NCBI GenBank assembly: GCA_020628915.1
Contig: JAHDEI010000002.1
Span: forward strand, 7,153-71,152
Source of the DNA: Minisyncoccota bacterium
GTDB lineage: Bacteria; Patescibacteriota; Minisyncoccia; Phycocordibacterales; GCA-2747955
Length of the DNA: 64,000 bases
Direction: 5' to 3'
Part shown: positions 39,465 to 49,175 of the stretch, one piece after another
Numbering within the stretch: position 1 is the first letter of the stretch
Layout of the letters: each line of letters opens with the position of its first letter
Position numbers and translations under genes: made by a program
Notes under the pieces: generated by a model
The model's database searches: none
The model's input: only the letters and a program-made list of their open reading frames with translations
What the model was told of the DNA's origin: nothing

Positions 39465-39806
39465 TTACAAATGAAACTGGAAGCGAACGATTCCAAGCTC
39501 CCTGTCTTCGACGATTCTCGTTTTCCCCACAAATTCTTTCTCCACTCGCCCCTTAGAATCACTTGCTCTTGGTCGTACTGCAGTCAATTGAATATTGGAT
39601 CTGAGATCAACACGAGCTGAGCGCATTGAGGGCAAGAAGCCGGCCGGAGCACGTGTCACTTTTACTTCAATACCTCGCTCTCTCCAATATTGCTCGATTT
39701 GATCACTGAGTCGTTTTGCTCCTAATGGAGTACAGTAGTCTGCTTTCGGATCCGGTTTTTCTTTTTGTGACTTACCTACTGTTAGGTTATTTGTGTTAAC
39801 GGGCAT
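39465..39806 (-). CDS. hypothetical protein (GC-richer)
   Basis: 113-aa ORF; hairpin agctgtacaaccattgttgtgcagct downstream. Confidence 0.45.
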   Translation of the reverse strand: MPVNTNNLTVGKSQKEKPDPKADYCTPLGAKRLSDQIEQYWRERGIEVKVTRAPAGFLPSMRSARVDLRSNIQLTAVRPRASDSKGRVEKEFVGKTRIVEDRELGIVRFQFHL

Positions 39807-40039
39807 GGATTTCCTTTCTATACCTAGTTTCCGCTAGAAACAAATCTACACTAGAGTGCACGTATTTTCAAGAGAGGTGGAGTTTTTTTTCTGGTTTGCT
39901 ATACTCTCATACGAAATTATGCATCTGCATAATGTTCATTAATTAGCAGGGTGAATATATTTCTAACACTGTATCGTGATTATTGCTTAGCGTTACGAGA
40001 TGCAGCAGTTATATATTCCAACTATCTATCATTTATATT

Positions 40040-41128
40040 ATGACAACAAATATGGATACAATCTTCCAGGGTGTGGAAGTCCCTTTTATTGTTGGTGACA
40101 ACGCAGAAGGTGTCGTTTTGGATATTGACCGAAACGCTATGTACATTGACCTCTCCCCTTTTGGAACAGGTCTGATTTTTGGTCGAGAATTTTTAACGAT
40201 CAAAGACATTATTAAAAATATCAATATCGGTGACACTGTTACTGCCCAAGTAGTAGATCTCGAAGGTGAAGATGGCTACATTGAGCTCTCACTCAAAGAA
40301 GCACGGAAAGCTACTATCTGGAAAGAAGCAGCAGACTACATGAAAGACGGTACTGTCTTGTCGCTTCCAGTAAAAGAAGCGAACAAAGGAGGTTTGATGA
40401 TCTCATGGCAAGGAATCAAAGGGTTCTTGCCTGCGTCTCAATTAGGGCCAGAAAACTATCCTTCTGTCTCTGGTGGTGATAAAAACCGAATCCTTCTAGA
40501 GCTTGAAAAGCTTGTTGGAAAGAAAATTGATGTGCAAATCATCACAGTAGACCCTCAAGAAGAGAAACTTATCTTCTCTGAAAAACATGATGGTGCTAAA
40601 CGACCACAAGCACGTCGTTCTTCAGGATCAAGACAAAAACAAGACCTGACAACTCTTTATTCAGTTGGAGATACAGCAACAGGGACTGTTACTGGTGTTG
40701 TAGACTTTGGAGTATTCGTACGGATTGCAGATAACCTAGAAGGTCTCGTGCACATCTCGGAGATTTCGTGGTCACTTGTTGAGCATCCAGAGAAAATGTA
40801 CTCTGTTGGAGACGAAGTTGAAGTAAAGATTATTGAAGTAGAACCAGAAAAAGTTTCACTTTCTATCAAGGCACTGAAAGACAACCCTTGGTCACTTGCT
40901 AAAGACAAGTACACAAAAGACCAAGAAGTAGATGCTGTTGTAATCCGATACAACGAGCACGGAGCACTAGTTTCAGTCGAAGAAGGTGTGGCAGGACTTG
41001 TCCACGTATCTGACTTTGAAGATCTTGATGCACTCAAGACAGAATTATCTCTTGGAACCCCATACAAATTCAAAATTAATGTATTTGATGCAGACAAACA
41101 AAAGATGACACTGTCACTGACAAAATAA
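40040..41128 (+). CDS. rpsA: 30S ribosomal protein S1 (short, 4 S1 domains)
   Basis: Repeated S1 motifs 'GDTVTAQVVDLE', 'GKKIDVQIITVDPQEEKLIFS', 'GDTATGTVTGVVDFGVFVRIADNLEGLVHISEIS', 'YKFKINVFD'; start uncertain (39983/40040/40052). Confidence 0.85.
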   Translation: MTTNMDTIFQGVEVPFIVGDNAEGVVLDIDRNAMYIDLSPFGTGLIFGREFLTIKDIIKNINIGDTVTAQVVDLEGEDGYIELSLKEARKATIWKEAADYMKDGTVLSLPVKEANKGGLMISWQGIKGFLPASQLGPENYPSVSGGDKNRILLELEKLVGKKIDVQIITVDPQEEKLIFSEKHDGAKRPQARRSSGSRQKQDLTTLYSVGDTATGTVTGVVDFGVFVRIADNLEGLVHISEISWSLVEHPEKMYSVGDEVEVKIIEVEPEKVSLSIKALKDNPWSLAKDKYTKDQEVDAVVIRYNEHGALVSVEEGVAGLVHVSDFEDLDALKTELSLGTPYKFKINVFDADKQKMTLSLTK

Positions 41129-41170
41129 GACACAAATAAACAGCGCAGCCTTCCGGCCGCTAGAAAAAAA

Positions 41171-41193
41171 TACAGCGCATCGCTGTATTTTTC
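41171..41193 (+). terminator. intrinsic terminator (atacagcg-catc-gctgtat + T5)
   Basis: Follows rpsA stop. Confidence 0.65.
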
Positions 41194-41266
41194 CTAGGTT
41201 TTTTATTACTTATTCATAATTTTTCCAACAATATTCTTTATTGGTAGTTATATTTCAGCACCCACA

Positions 41267-41719
41267 TCACTGTTTAAACTCTGCTCTAATCATATCTCTA
41301 ATAGTTCGATACAACAAAAAGAAGATGTATCCACCTAATGTTCCAACTGCAACATCAATAATAGTGTCAGGCCAATACGCGGGTGAGATAACTGTGCGTC
41401 CAACGATAAATTCAATAATCTCCCATGCAATTGCTGTTGCCAACACCAATAACACCGTTGTGGTAAAGACATTCCTTGGTTTTCTCTCAATCCGAATCCA
41501 GCGCCTGGTACGAGGGTTTGAATACACAACGTAAAAATACAAGCCAGCCAAAAAGAATCCACCCAAGAAGTGGACCGGAATATCAATCCATCGATAATAG
41601 AAATACAAAGAATATTTAACAGCCAGCAGATCAAAGCCCAGCAATGCCCCAAACAATAAAACAAAGATATAAATCCTCCTGTCAAAATACTGAGAAATAA
41701 AAGAGATGATCTTTTTCAT
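41267..41719 (-). CDS. hypothetical integral membrane protein
   Basis: ~150 aa from MKKIISF; 4 TM. Confidence 0.5.
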   Translation of the reverse strand: MKKIISFISQYFDRRIYIFVLLFGALLGFDLLAVKYSLYFYYRWIDIPVHFLGGFFLAGLYFYVVYSNPRTRRWIRIERKPRNVFTTTVLLVLATAIAWEIIEFIVGRTVISPAYWPDTIIDVAVGTLGGYIFFLLYRTIRDMIRAEFKQ

Positions 41720-41973
41720 TCCATTAAGACTAACACACCAAAAAAGACATTGCATCGCAATGTCTTTTTTGGTGTGAGCCTACTTAAAAGAAGTAGCCTA
41801 GAAAAATATAAGTGGGTGCCTGAGGGACAGACCACGGCCTGCCCGAACTTCCAGCTCCCCTAGGCGTATGGTAGCTAGTTACTTCTTTAAACGAAGGCTC
41901 ACTCACACATTATATCACTCGATAGTATTGTCAGCATGTGAATAAAACAAAACGACCTTTCGGTCGTTTTGTT

Positions 41974-42564
41974 TTATTCCATAATTCCGTCAAGATTCAC
42001 ATCGTACAAGATCTTTTCTTGAACGATGGTGTAATCAACGATTTCGTCATCGCTAAACCAGATAGCGATCTCTCGTTCGGCTTCATCGACATCCTCTGAA
42101 CAGTGGATGAGATTCCGTACTGCCCTATCGTCTTTTGCAGAATATGCGTATGAATCAATAGTAAAGTCACCTCGAATTGTGCCGATGTCAGCTGTTGCTG
42201 GTTCAGTTGTTCCTACCAGTGAAGTAACAACTGCTGTAGCCATGTGGCCTTCGATAACCATCATCACTACTGGACCTGCAGTAATATACTTTGCAATCCC
42301 TCCGATGATATCTCGACCGTACTCGATTGCCTCTTTTTCAATCGGCAGCCCTGCTGACTGTCGATCACGAACAACCCCCTCTCCTTTTCTTTGGAACCAT
42401 TCGTCATCTTTGTTGTAATGTGCAAACACTTGGTCTTCCTTTGCAACAGCAAGTTTCATTCCTGTTACCTTCAGACCCTTTCGCTCAAACCGAGTGATAA
42501 TTTGACCAACCAGTGATCGTTGTACCGCGTCAGGTTTTAAAATAATTAAACTTCTTTCTATCAT
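41974..42564 (-). CDS. ndk: nucleoside diphosphate kinase
   Basis: 'IILKPDAVQRSLVGQIITRFE', 'NLIHCSED' (NxxHxSD active-site His); 196 aa with C-terminal extension; terminator 41949-41970. Confidence 0.9.
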   Translation of the reverse strand: MIERSLIILKPDAVQRSLVGQIITRFERKGLKVTGMKLAVAKEDQVFAHYNKDDEWFQRKGEGVVRDRQSAGLPIEKEAIEYGRDIIGGIAKYITAGPVVMMVIEGHMATAVVTSLVGTTEPATADIGTIRGDFTIDSYAYSAKDDRAVRNLIHCSEDVDEAEREIAIWFSDDEIVDYTIVQEKILYDVNLDGIME

Positions 42565-42821
42565 ATATACATTTGATTATGGAATAGTAATCTGCCGTAT
42601 CATACCAAAATACAAACAAAACACACGTCTTTAAGCCAAAAATGTTGTATAACTAATTCACAATTGACCCAGAAAAAAATGAGAGTAAAATACTCTCTTG
42701 CTGTTCTTTACATAATTTCTAAGCACAAGGATCAAATTGCCGTTTGTGCATGAAAATTATGACAAAACTAGATAATACGTATTAACTAAAAAGAGGGTTT
42801 CTAGTCCCTCTTTTTGGTTAA

Positions 42822-42850
42822 TTGACAATCAGATTAAACCGAACTATGAT
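42822..42850 (+). promoter_or_regulatory. sigma70-type promoter TTGACA-17-TATGAT
   Basis: Upstream of GTG-start gene at 42880 with SD AAAGGAG. Confidence 0.55.
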
Positions 42851-42879
42851 CTTTATCAGAATTTACGAAAGGAGCCGGT

Positions 42880-43263
42880 GTGCCCACGATTAAACAAATA
42901 AACAAGAAAATTAGAAAATTTGGAATCCAAATAAGAAAAGATATTCTTTCTCAACTAATAGATCCTAATGCCTGGAAAGACAGTGATTGGTTCTTTGCCC
43001 TTCTTAAATGCATCAAAGAGCTCAACTTGGTTCACTATTCTAGACTAGCCCAAACAATGGGATACCGTGACTCAACAACAGTATTTCGCTGGTTCAAGGG
43101 AGAATCACTACCTGACTCGTTCCGTAGACAAGCCACTCTTAAAGTACTAACACAACTTATTAGATATGACTTGGAACGTCTTGAGAAGTCTGATTCTTAC
43201 AAGCCTGTCGGTGGGCTCAGTATGCGCATAGATCCAAAGTTATATGTCAAAATAAAATTCTGA
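42880..43263 (+). CDS. hypothetical protein, possible HTH DNA-binding
   Basis: 127 aa, GTG start; 'LVHYSRLAQTMGYRDSTTVFRWFKGE' helix-turn-helix-like. Confidence 0.5.
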   Translation: MPTIKQINKKIRKFGIQIRKDILSQLIDPNAWKDSDWFFALLKCIKELNLVHYSRLAQTMGYRDSTTVFRWFKGESLPDSFRRQATLKVLTQLIRYDLERLEKSDSYKPVGGLSMRIDPKLYVKIKF

Positions 43264-43293
43264 AAAACAAAAGCCTCTATAATACAGAGGCTT

Positions 43294-45282
43294 TTATCGT
43301 ATCTCGTACCCTTTCTTCTCTAGTGCTTTATAGACTACATCCATTACTTTGTTTGCCCATTCATCTGACAAGGTCTCGGTATCTGATTGGAATACCATTC
43401 TAAACGCAAATGATTTCCGCTTGCGTCCCGAACCTGCTGAGGGGTCTTCTTTTTCAAAAATATCAAACAGTTCAAATGACCTGGTCTCTTCTGGTAGCAA
43501 TCCTTTAATCAACTCTTCAGCTTCACTAACTGTTGTTTCAACTGGAACAAATACAGCCACATCCCGATCAATACGTGGATACTTTGATGGCTTTTTATAC
43601 GAAATCTCTTTTCCAATATGTGGCAACATCAGTGACATATTAATCTCCCACCAATTAACGCCAACGAGACCGATATGTTCGTCTCCGACAGAAACTACCG
43701 CATGAGCGCCAATTGCTGGATCTTCATGAGATTCCCATACTAGTTTGATACCCAGTGCATCTACAGCCGAATCAACAACTCCTTTCGTTTGTAAAAATAG
43801 TTCTTGTTTTTGTTTTTCTTTGATCTTTCTACGTCCAATGACACCAGCCCAATGCCAGGTCTCCAGAACACCGGTTGAATCCATTCCAGAAAAGATTTTT
43901 CCAATTTCAAATAGTCGAGGCTCATCTGTGTATGCGAGGTTTCGGTCTGCCTTCGCAACTAGGTCACTCCCTAGGTGACTCCTCAAAAAACCAGCGTTTT
44001 TATTCAGTGGATTAGCAAGCTCAACAACACCTGATTCAGCTAATGTCCTGTTTTTAACTTCGTAAAATCCAAGTGCCAGCAAACGATCAGATATTGTTCG
44101 TGTTGCCTTCGTGAGATTTGAAATTTCAGGTAGCGGGAATCCATCTGTCGGCATTTCCGCCTCAAGATTTTCGTACCCATATAGTCGACCTACTTCTTCT
44201 ATCAGATCGCCTGCGAAAGAAATGTCAGGTCTGTCAATTGGAACGACCATGGCAAATTCGTCATCACCATCTTGTGATACCTCACACCCAACTCGTTTTA
44301 AAATAGATACAATATCTTCCTTACTGAGATCAAGTCCCAGAATTCTGTTCGTGGTAGAAACAGAAAGCTTTACCTCTCTGTTTCCCTCCTTATCAGGGTT
44401 GGTATCTACAATCTCGTCAGAAACTGTAGCTTGAGCTAACTCTCTCATTAAATATGCGAATTGCAACATGGCATCATCAATTTTTGAAACAGGAACCTCA
44501 TTCTCGAATCGTTTTGATGCATCAGTATGCAACTTTAATGTTCGTGCAGTGTTCCGAATATTCTGGAAATCAAAATTACACGCTGATAACAGTACGGTTT
44601 TTGTATTTTTATCTACACCAGAATTCTCTCCTCCCTTAACTCCTGCGATATCTAATGCCTTCTCAGAATCAGCAATCACTAACATTGACGAGTCGAGCTT
44701 ATGTTCAGCTCCAGTCAGGTCGGTCACTTTTTCTCCGTCTTGCGCATATCTGATATCGACTTGCTTTGCTCCCTCTCCTGCAATTTTGTCATAATCAAAC
44801 GCGTGAACAGGCTGTCCGGTCTCCCACATAACATAGTTAGTGATATCAACCACATTATTAATTGATTTCTGACCGATTGATTCAAGCATCTCTACAAGCC
44901 ACTGGGGCGAAGGACCCACCTGCACACCTGTTGCGATTCGTTTTGTTGCTCTCTGTACCCCCTCTTCTACAACCAACCTAACAAAGTCAGAAGTTTTTAA
45001 ATTTGCATCAAACGATTCATCGACAATCTCTGGTTTCATCCATTTTTTGTATGAAATATCCAAAACAGCACCAATTTCACGTGCCATCCCTTGGTAACAC
45101 AAAGAGTCTGATGATCTGTTTGGTAACACATCCCAATCAATTAGTGTGTCTCCATGTGGAGCTTCTTCGATCCCCTCCAGTTCAAATGAGTGTAGCCCAA
45201 CAACACTCCCCAAATCTTCAGGTTTTGGTAGCTTGTCATCAAAGTGTAGTTGTAGCCAATTGTAAGAAAAATTCATAATCAA
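43294..45282 (-). CDS. pheT: phenylalanyl-tRNA synthetase beta subunit (short form)
   Basis: B3/B4 and B5 regions, 'DISFAGDLIEEVGRLYGYENL', C-terminal FDX-ACB-like; 662 aa. Confidence 0.88.
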   Translation of the reverse strand: MIMNFSYNWLQLHFDDKLPKPEDLGSVVGLHSFELEGIEEAPHGDTLIDWDVLPNRSSDSLCYQGMAREIGAVLDISYKKWMKPEIVDESFDANLKTSDFVRLVVEEGVQRATKRIATGVQVGPSPQWLVEMLESIGQKSINNVVDITNYVMWETGQPVHAFDYDKIAGEGAKQVDIRYAQDGEKVTDLTGAEHKLDSSMLVIADSEKALDIAGVKGGENSGVDKNTKTVLLSACNFDFQNIRNTARTLKLHTDASKRFENEVPVSKIDDAMLQFAYLMRELAQATVSDEIVDTNPDKEGNREVKLSVSTTNRILGLDLSKEDIVSILKRVGCEVSQDGDDEFAMVVPIDRPDISFAGDLIEEVGRLYGYENLEAEMPTDGFPLPEISNLTKATRTISDRLLALGFYEVKNRTLAESGVVELANPLNKNAGFLRSHLGSDLVAKADRNLAYTDEPRLFEIGKIFSGMDSTGVLETWHWAGVIGRRKIKEKQKQELFLQTKGVVDSAVDALGIKLVWESHEDPAIGAHAVVSVGDEHIGLVGVNWWEINMSLMLPHIGKEISYKKPSKYPRIDRDVAVFVPVETTVSEAEELIKGLLPEETRSFELFDIFEKEDPSAGSGRKRKSFAFRMVFQSDTETLSDEWANKVMDVVYKALEKKGYEIR

Positions 45283-45285
45283 ATA

Positions 45286-46065
45286 TTAAAATTGCTCGAT
45301 AAATGGGATGTCTCCATCGTAAAAATCACGAATATCATCTACACCATATTTAAGCATGACAAGTCGTTCGATCCCCATTCCAAACGCAAAACCTTGGAAC
45401 TGTTTTGAATTAATTTCAGCTGAATCAAGAACATGTGGATGCACCATTCCTGCCCCCAAGATTTCAATCCACCCCGATCCTTTACAAACGTTGCATTCTT
45501 TATTTTCTCCATGGCATTTTGTACAAGTCACGTCCACCTCGATCCCAGGCTCAACAAACGGAAAATACCCCGGGCGAAATCGAAGAGAAACTGAATCATC
45601 TCCAAAAAACTCTTGTAGAAATTGGAGTAGCACACCCTTTAGATTTGCGAGTGAGATTTCTTTACCAACCATCAGTCCCTCACATTGATGAAATTGTGCC
45701 TCGTGGGTTGCGTCTAATGCCTCATTACGAAAGACTCGCCCTGGTGCAATGATTCTAAATGGAGGATTTTTCTTTTCCATCATTGCACGGTTTTGCACTC
45801 CAGACGTATGGGTCCGCAAGACAGTCTTGTCTACACCTTTGATCCAAAAGGTATCTTGCATATCTCGGGCAGGATGGTTTTCTGGCACGTTCAAAGCGTC
45901 AAAATTGTGCCATTCGTCTTCTACCTCTGGACCTTCGGCAATTTCAAATCCCAGACGAGTAAAAATGTCTTCAATTTCTCGAATTGTCGAAGAGATAATA
46001 TGGAGATTCCCCTGTTTTTGTCTTGAGCCAGGAGCTGTTACATCAATAAATGTCATGTCTGACAT
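45286..46065 (-). CDS. pheS: phenylalanyl-tRNA synthetase alpha subunit (catalytic core only)
   Basis: 'HPARDMQDTFW', 'LRTHTSGVQ', 'FRIIAPGRVFRNE', 'GFAFGMGIERL'. Confidence 0.93.
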   Translation of the reverse strand: MSDMTFIDVTAPGSRQKQGNLHIISSTIREIEDIFTRLGFEIAEGPEVEDEWHNFDALNVPENHPARDMQDTFWIKGVDKTVLRTHTSGVQNRAMMEKKNPPFRIIAPGRVFRNEALDATHEAQFHQCEGLMVGKEISLANLKGVLLQFLQEFFGDDSVSLRFRPGYFPFVEPGIEVDVTCTKCHGENKECNVCKGSGWIEILGAGMVHPHVLDSAEINSKQFQGFAFGMGIERLVMLKYGVDDIRDFYDGDIPFIEQF

Positions 46066-46098
46066 TGTAACATTTTAAGAAAAAGTAATTAAGATAAT

Positions 46099-46127
46099 TT
46101 GACTAAAACATAATAAGTTGCTATAAT
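46099..46127 (+). promoter_or_regulatory. sigma70-type promoter TTGACT-17-TATAAT
   Basis: Perfect spacing; drives 46154..46360. Confidence 0.6.
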
Positions 46128-46153
46128 TTAAATTAGAAATCTAGGAGTACAAA

Positions 46154-46360
46154 ATGAAAAAATATTTCTTCATCGTGCCTTTTATGGCGCTAGCTTCGCT
46201 CGTACTAATGTTCATGATGCAAGCAGAGTGGAGTTTATACGCACCAAAAATCTTTGGAGCAACGAGTGAGATCTCACTGGTGCAGGCATATACCTACACA
46301 TTTTTATCCTCACTTGTTACCTTCATTGTGTGTGACGTAGTAAGATGGAAATTGTCCTAA
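46154..46360 (+). CDS. small membrane protein
   Basis: 68 aa, 2 TM; SD TAGGAG; terminator 46363-46382. Confidence 0.5.
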   Translation: MKKYFFIVPFMALASLVLMFMMQAEWSLYAPKIFGATSEISLVQAYTYTFLSSLVTFIVCDVVRWKLS

Positions 46361-46433
46361 AAAGAGCCTCGCGAGAGGCTCTTAAAATTTGTAAATTTGT
46401 CCCCTCAGCACAACAGCGGTATACTACATACAA

Positions 46434-48011
46434 ATGAAAGAAGTAGAAGATCTCGCATACAAAGAAGCGCAAAGACAAAAGAAAAAGGCGAACAAACAAA
46501 TTCCTGAAAAACTTCAGGAGATTTTTGATTTAACGACAGGGTTTGACCAAAAACAACGCAACTTGATTCGTGATGCGTATTTTTTTGCAGAGCGCGCTCA
46601 TGAAGGACAATTGCGAAAATCTGGTGAGCCGTACTTTTACCATCTTGTCGAAACTGCAAAAAATCTTGCCAAACTAGGAATGGGAGCACGTGTCATTGTT
46701 GCTGGAATCCTACATGACTCAATCGAAGACGGTGTTGCGACCGAAGAAGAACTACTCTACGAATTTGGAGAAGAAATTTTATTCTTGGTTGATGGTGTTA
46801 CTAAACTAGGGCATGTGCGGTACCAAGGAATGAGACGCCACAACGAATCCCTACGTAAACTATTTGTTGCTACATCAAGAGACGTTCGAGTTTTAATTAT
46901 TAAATTTGCTGACCGACTGCATAACATGCAAACACTCGAACACGTCCGTGAAGACAAACGTGAGCGTATTGCCACCGAAACTCTCGAAATTTATGCTCCT
47001 CTTGCCTACCGTCTTGGTATTACTACTCTTTCTAAACAACTAGAGGACCTCTCTTTCCCATATGTGTACCCTGATGAACATAAAAAGGTCCGAGACATTC
47101 TTAAAGAACGATCCAAACAAACATTAGCGAAACTAGAGCGCATGGATCGATCAATATCAAAAAAGCTTGCAGCTGCTGGAATTAGAAAATTTAGAACAAC
47201 AAACAGGATCAAAGGGATTTATTCTTTTTATAAAAAACTAGAGCGAAAAAAGGGGGATGCAGATAAAATTTACGATGTAGCTGCCCTACGTATAATTGTT
47301 CCTGATATTGCAGACTGTTATCGTGTTCTAGGAATTGTACATCAACATTACAGGCCGATGGTGGGTCGCATCAAAGACTACATTGCTGTTCCGAAGCCTA
47401 ACGGTTACCAGTCAATTCACACCACAGTATTCACTGGAGATGGCGGACTAATTGAAATCCAAATTAGAACCGAAGAGATGCATGTTGACGCTGAACTTGG
47501 TGCTGCTTCTCACCTAGGCTACAAGAAAAAAGCAGAAGGTGCCACCGTTGATTCATGGGCCGTTCGCCTGATGGGTCGATTCAGTCAGTCTGCCCAGTCA
47601 AATCCAGACAATCCAACAGAAATGACCCCTGAATGGATTGAATCTCTTGCAGAACACTCTGACAACCCTGAGTCAGACTCTTTCCAAACTGAACTAAAAG
47701 AAGATTTCTTCAAACATCAGATTTTTGTATTCACTCCACTCGGTGAGGTAATTGTTCTGCCAGAAGAGTCAACACCTGTTGATTTTGCATACCAGGTCCA
47801 TACAGAGATTGGACACACCACGTCAGGTGCAAAAGTGCATGGAAAGATGGTCTCACTTGATACCAGACTCAACAACGGTGATATTGTAGAAATCTTAACG
47901 AGCAAAAAAGGTCGACCAAATACCAAATGGTTAGATTTTGTTATCACGAACGAAGCACGAAGAAAGATAAAGTCATTCTTTGAAAAAGAAGAAGCTGAAA
48001 AGAGCTCCTAA
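46434..48011 (+). CDS. rel: (p)ppGpp synthetase/hydrolase Rel/SpoT homolog, short form (HD + synthetase + TGS, no ACT)
   Basis: HD motif 'HLVETA...ILHDSIED', synthetase 'DVAALRIIV...GYQSIHTTV', TGS 'IFVFTPLGEVIVLP...VHTEIGH'; 525 aa. Confidence 0.88.
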   Translation: MKEVEDLAYKEAQRQKKKANKQIPEKLQEIFDLTTGFDQKQRNLIRDAYFFAERAHEGQLRKSGEPYFYHLVETAKNLAKLGMGARVIVAGILHDSIEDGVATEEELLYEFGEEILFLVDGVTKLGHVRYQGMRRHNESLRKLFVATSRDVRVLIIKFADRLHNMQTLEHVREDKRERIATETLEIYAPLAYRLGITTLSKQLEDLSFPYVYPDEHKKVRDILKERSKQTLAKLERMDRSISKKLAAAGIRKFRTTNRIKGIYSFYKKLERKKGDADKIYDVAALRIIVPDIADCYRVLGIVHQHYRPMVGRIKDYIAVPKPNGYQSIHTTVFTGDGGLIEIQIRTEEMHVDAELGAASHLGYKKKAEGATVDSWAVRLMGRFSQSAQSNPDNPTEMTPEWIESLAEHSDNPESDSFQTELKEDFFKHQIFVFTPLGEVIVLPEESTPVDFAYQVHTEIGHTTSGAKVHGKMVSLDTRLNNGDIVEILTSKKGRPNTKWLDFVITNEARRKIKSFFEKEEAEKSS

Positions 48012-48083
48012 TCTTGACACATTGTATATTTGTGTTAAAATAAAACTCATTTTAAATTTAAGTTTTTTCCAAAGGAGTTATTC

Positions 48084-49133
48084 GTGAAAAACTTTCTTAT
48101 TATTATTTGTTCTTTATTTTTTATGTGTGGATTAACAGCCTGTGGAGGTTCGTCAGAAACGGCACCTCCACCGCCACCTGAAGTGATCAACCCTCCCCCA
48201 CCCACACCAATGGCTTCACTGAATGCCGGTGACCAGGAAGAGTTGGGTGTGCCTCTTGAGGTACATTCGGTGATTGGGACATTTGAGTTCGACTCGAATG
48301 TTGATCTTGATGTTGACCAAGCCGTTCTTGTGATCAATATCATTGATTCAAAAACGACACCGTTTGACGAAATCTATATTGATGACGTCTACATCGCAAC
48401 AGAATCTGGTGAACGAGTCACAGACTGGGAAGATGCTGAACGAATTGACGGCCATCAACTGAGAGTTATCTGGAATGATGCTGAGTTCAAAAAAGAGAAC
48501 ACAAACCTCTTTGTTTATGCTCTCATCTACGAAGAGATCGTTGATGAGTCTTTATTCCAGATTCATTCACTGTCACTAAATGAAGCCGAAGATGCAGCAA
48601 GTGGAGAAACAGTGAACGTTGCACCACTTGAAACTTGGCCGACATTCGAAGTCAAAGGTCCCGAGATACGCCTATCGTTAGTTGAGTTGGAAAACACAAC
48701 ACTTCCGACCGAAGGTGATTCCCTGATGCTCGCGTCAATTCAATTTGATACGACGGATTCCGGGGAAGATGTTCTTCTCGAGACTTTCAGGCTCCAATTG
48801 GTTGCTCCTAACTACGAAGGAGATCTCGACGATTGCGAACTTCGTCTCGAAGATGGAACTCCTGTTGAAACCAGTGGCAACATCGACCGTACATCAGATG
48901 GCGATGAAACCTATTACGTTGACTTCGAGGAATTTGAAGGCCGCGGTAGAATTTTTGCCAAAAACGAGGTCACATTAATGAACATGTTTTGTCAGGTCCA
49001 GTCAGACCCCAACAGAACATTTCAGTGGAACCTAGGTTCCGCAGACTATGTTGATGGTGAAGGCTTTGATAGCTTTGTCCAAGTCACAGTCTCTGTTGAC
49101 GAAACACCAGGTACAGTCCTGACTGTCGAATAA
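48084..49133 (+). CDS. Pro-rich lipoprotein, hypothetical
   Basis: GTG start; lipobox 'GLTAC'; 'APPPPPEVINPPPPTP' linker; acidic beta-rich body. Confidence 0.6.
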   Translation: MKNFLIIICSLFFMCGLTACGGSSETAPPPPPEVINPPPPTPMASLNAGDQEELGVPLEVHSVIGTFEFDSNVDLDVDQAVLVINIIDSKTTPFDEIYIDDVYIATESGERVTDWEDAERIDGHQLRVIWNDAEFKKENTNLFVYALIYEEIVDESLFQIHSLSLNEAEDAASGETVNVAPLETWPTFEVKGPEIRLSLVELENTTLPTEGDSLMLASIQFDTTDSGEDVLLETFRLQLVAPNYEGDLDDCELRLEDGTPVETSGNIDRTSDGDETYYVDFEEFEGRGRIFAKNEVTLMNMFCQVQSDPNRTFQWNLGSADYVDGEGFDSFVQVTVSVDETPGTVLTVE

Positions 49134-49153
49134 ACACATAATACCTAGTAATA

Positions 49154-49175
49154 AACGCGCCCTTCCGGGCGCGTT
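49154..49175. terminator. bidirectional terminator hairpin aacgcgccc-ttcc-gggcgcgtt (copy 1)
   Basis: Identical 26-nt sequence at 50167-50192. Confidence 0.7.

Noticed and set aside
41797-41910. tRNA or SRP RNA in the structured element near ndk
   Set aside because: No cloverleaf with T-loop/anticodon geometry and no 'GGAAGCAGCC'-type SRP domain IV motif could be found.
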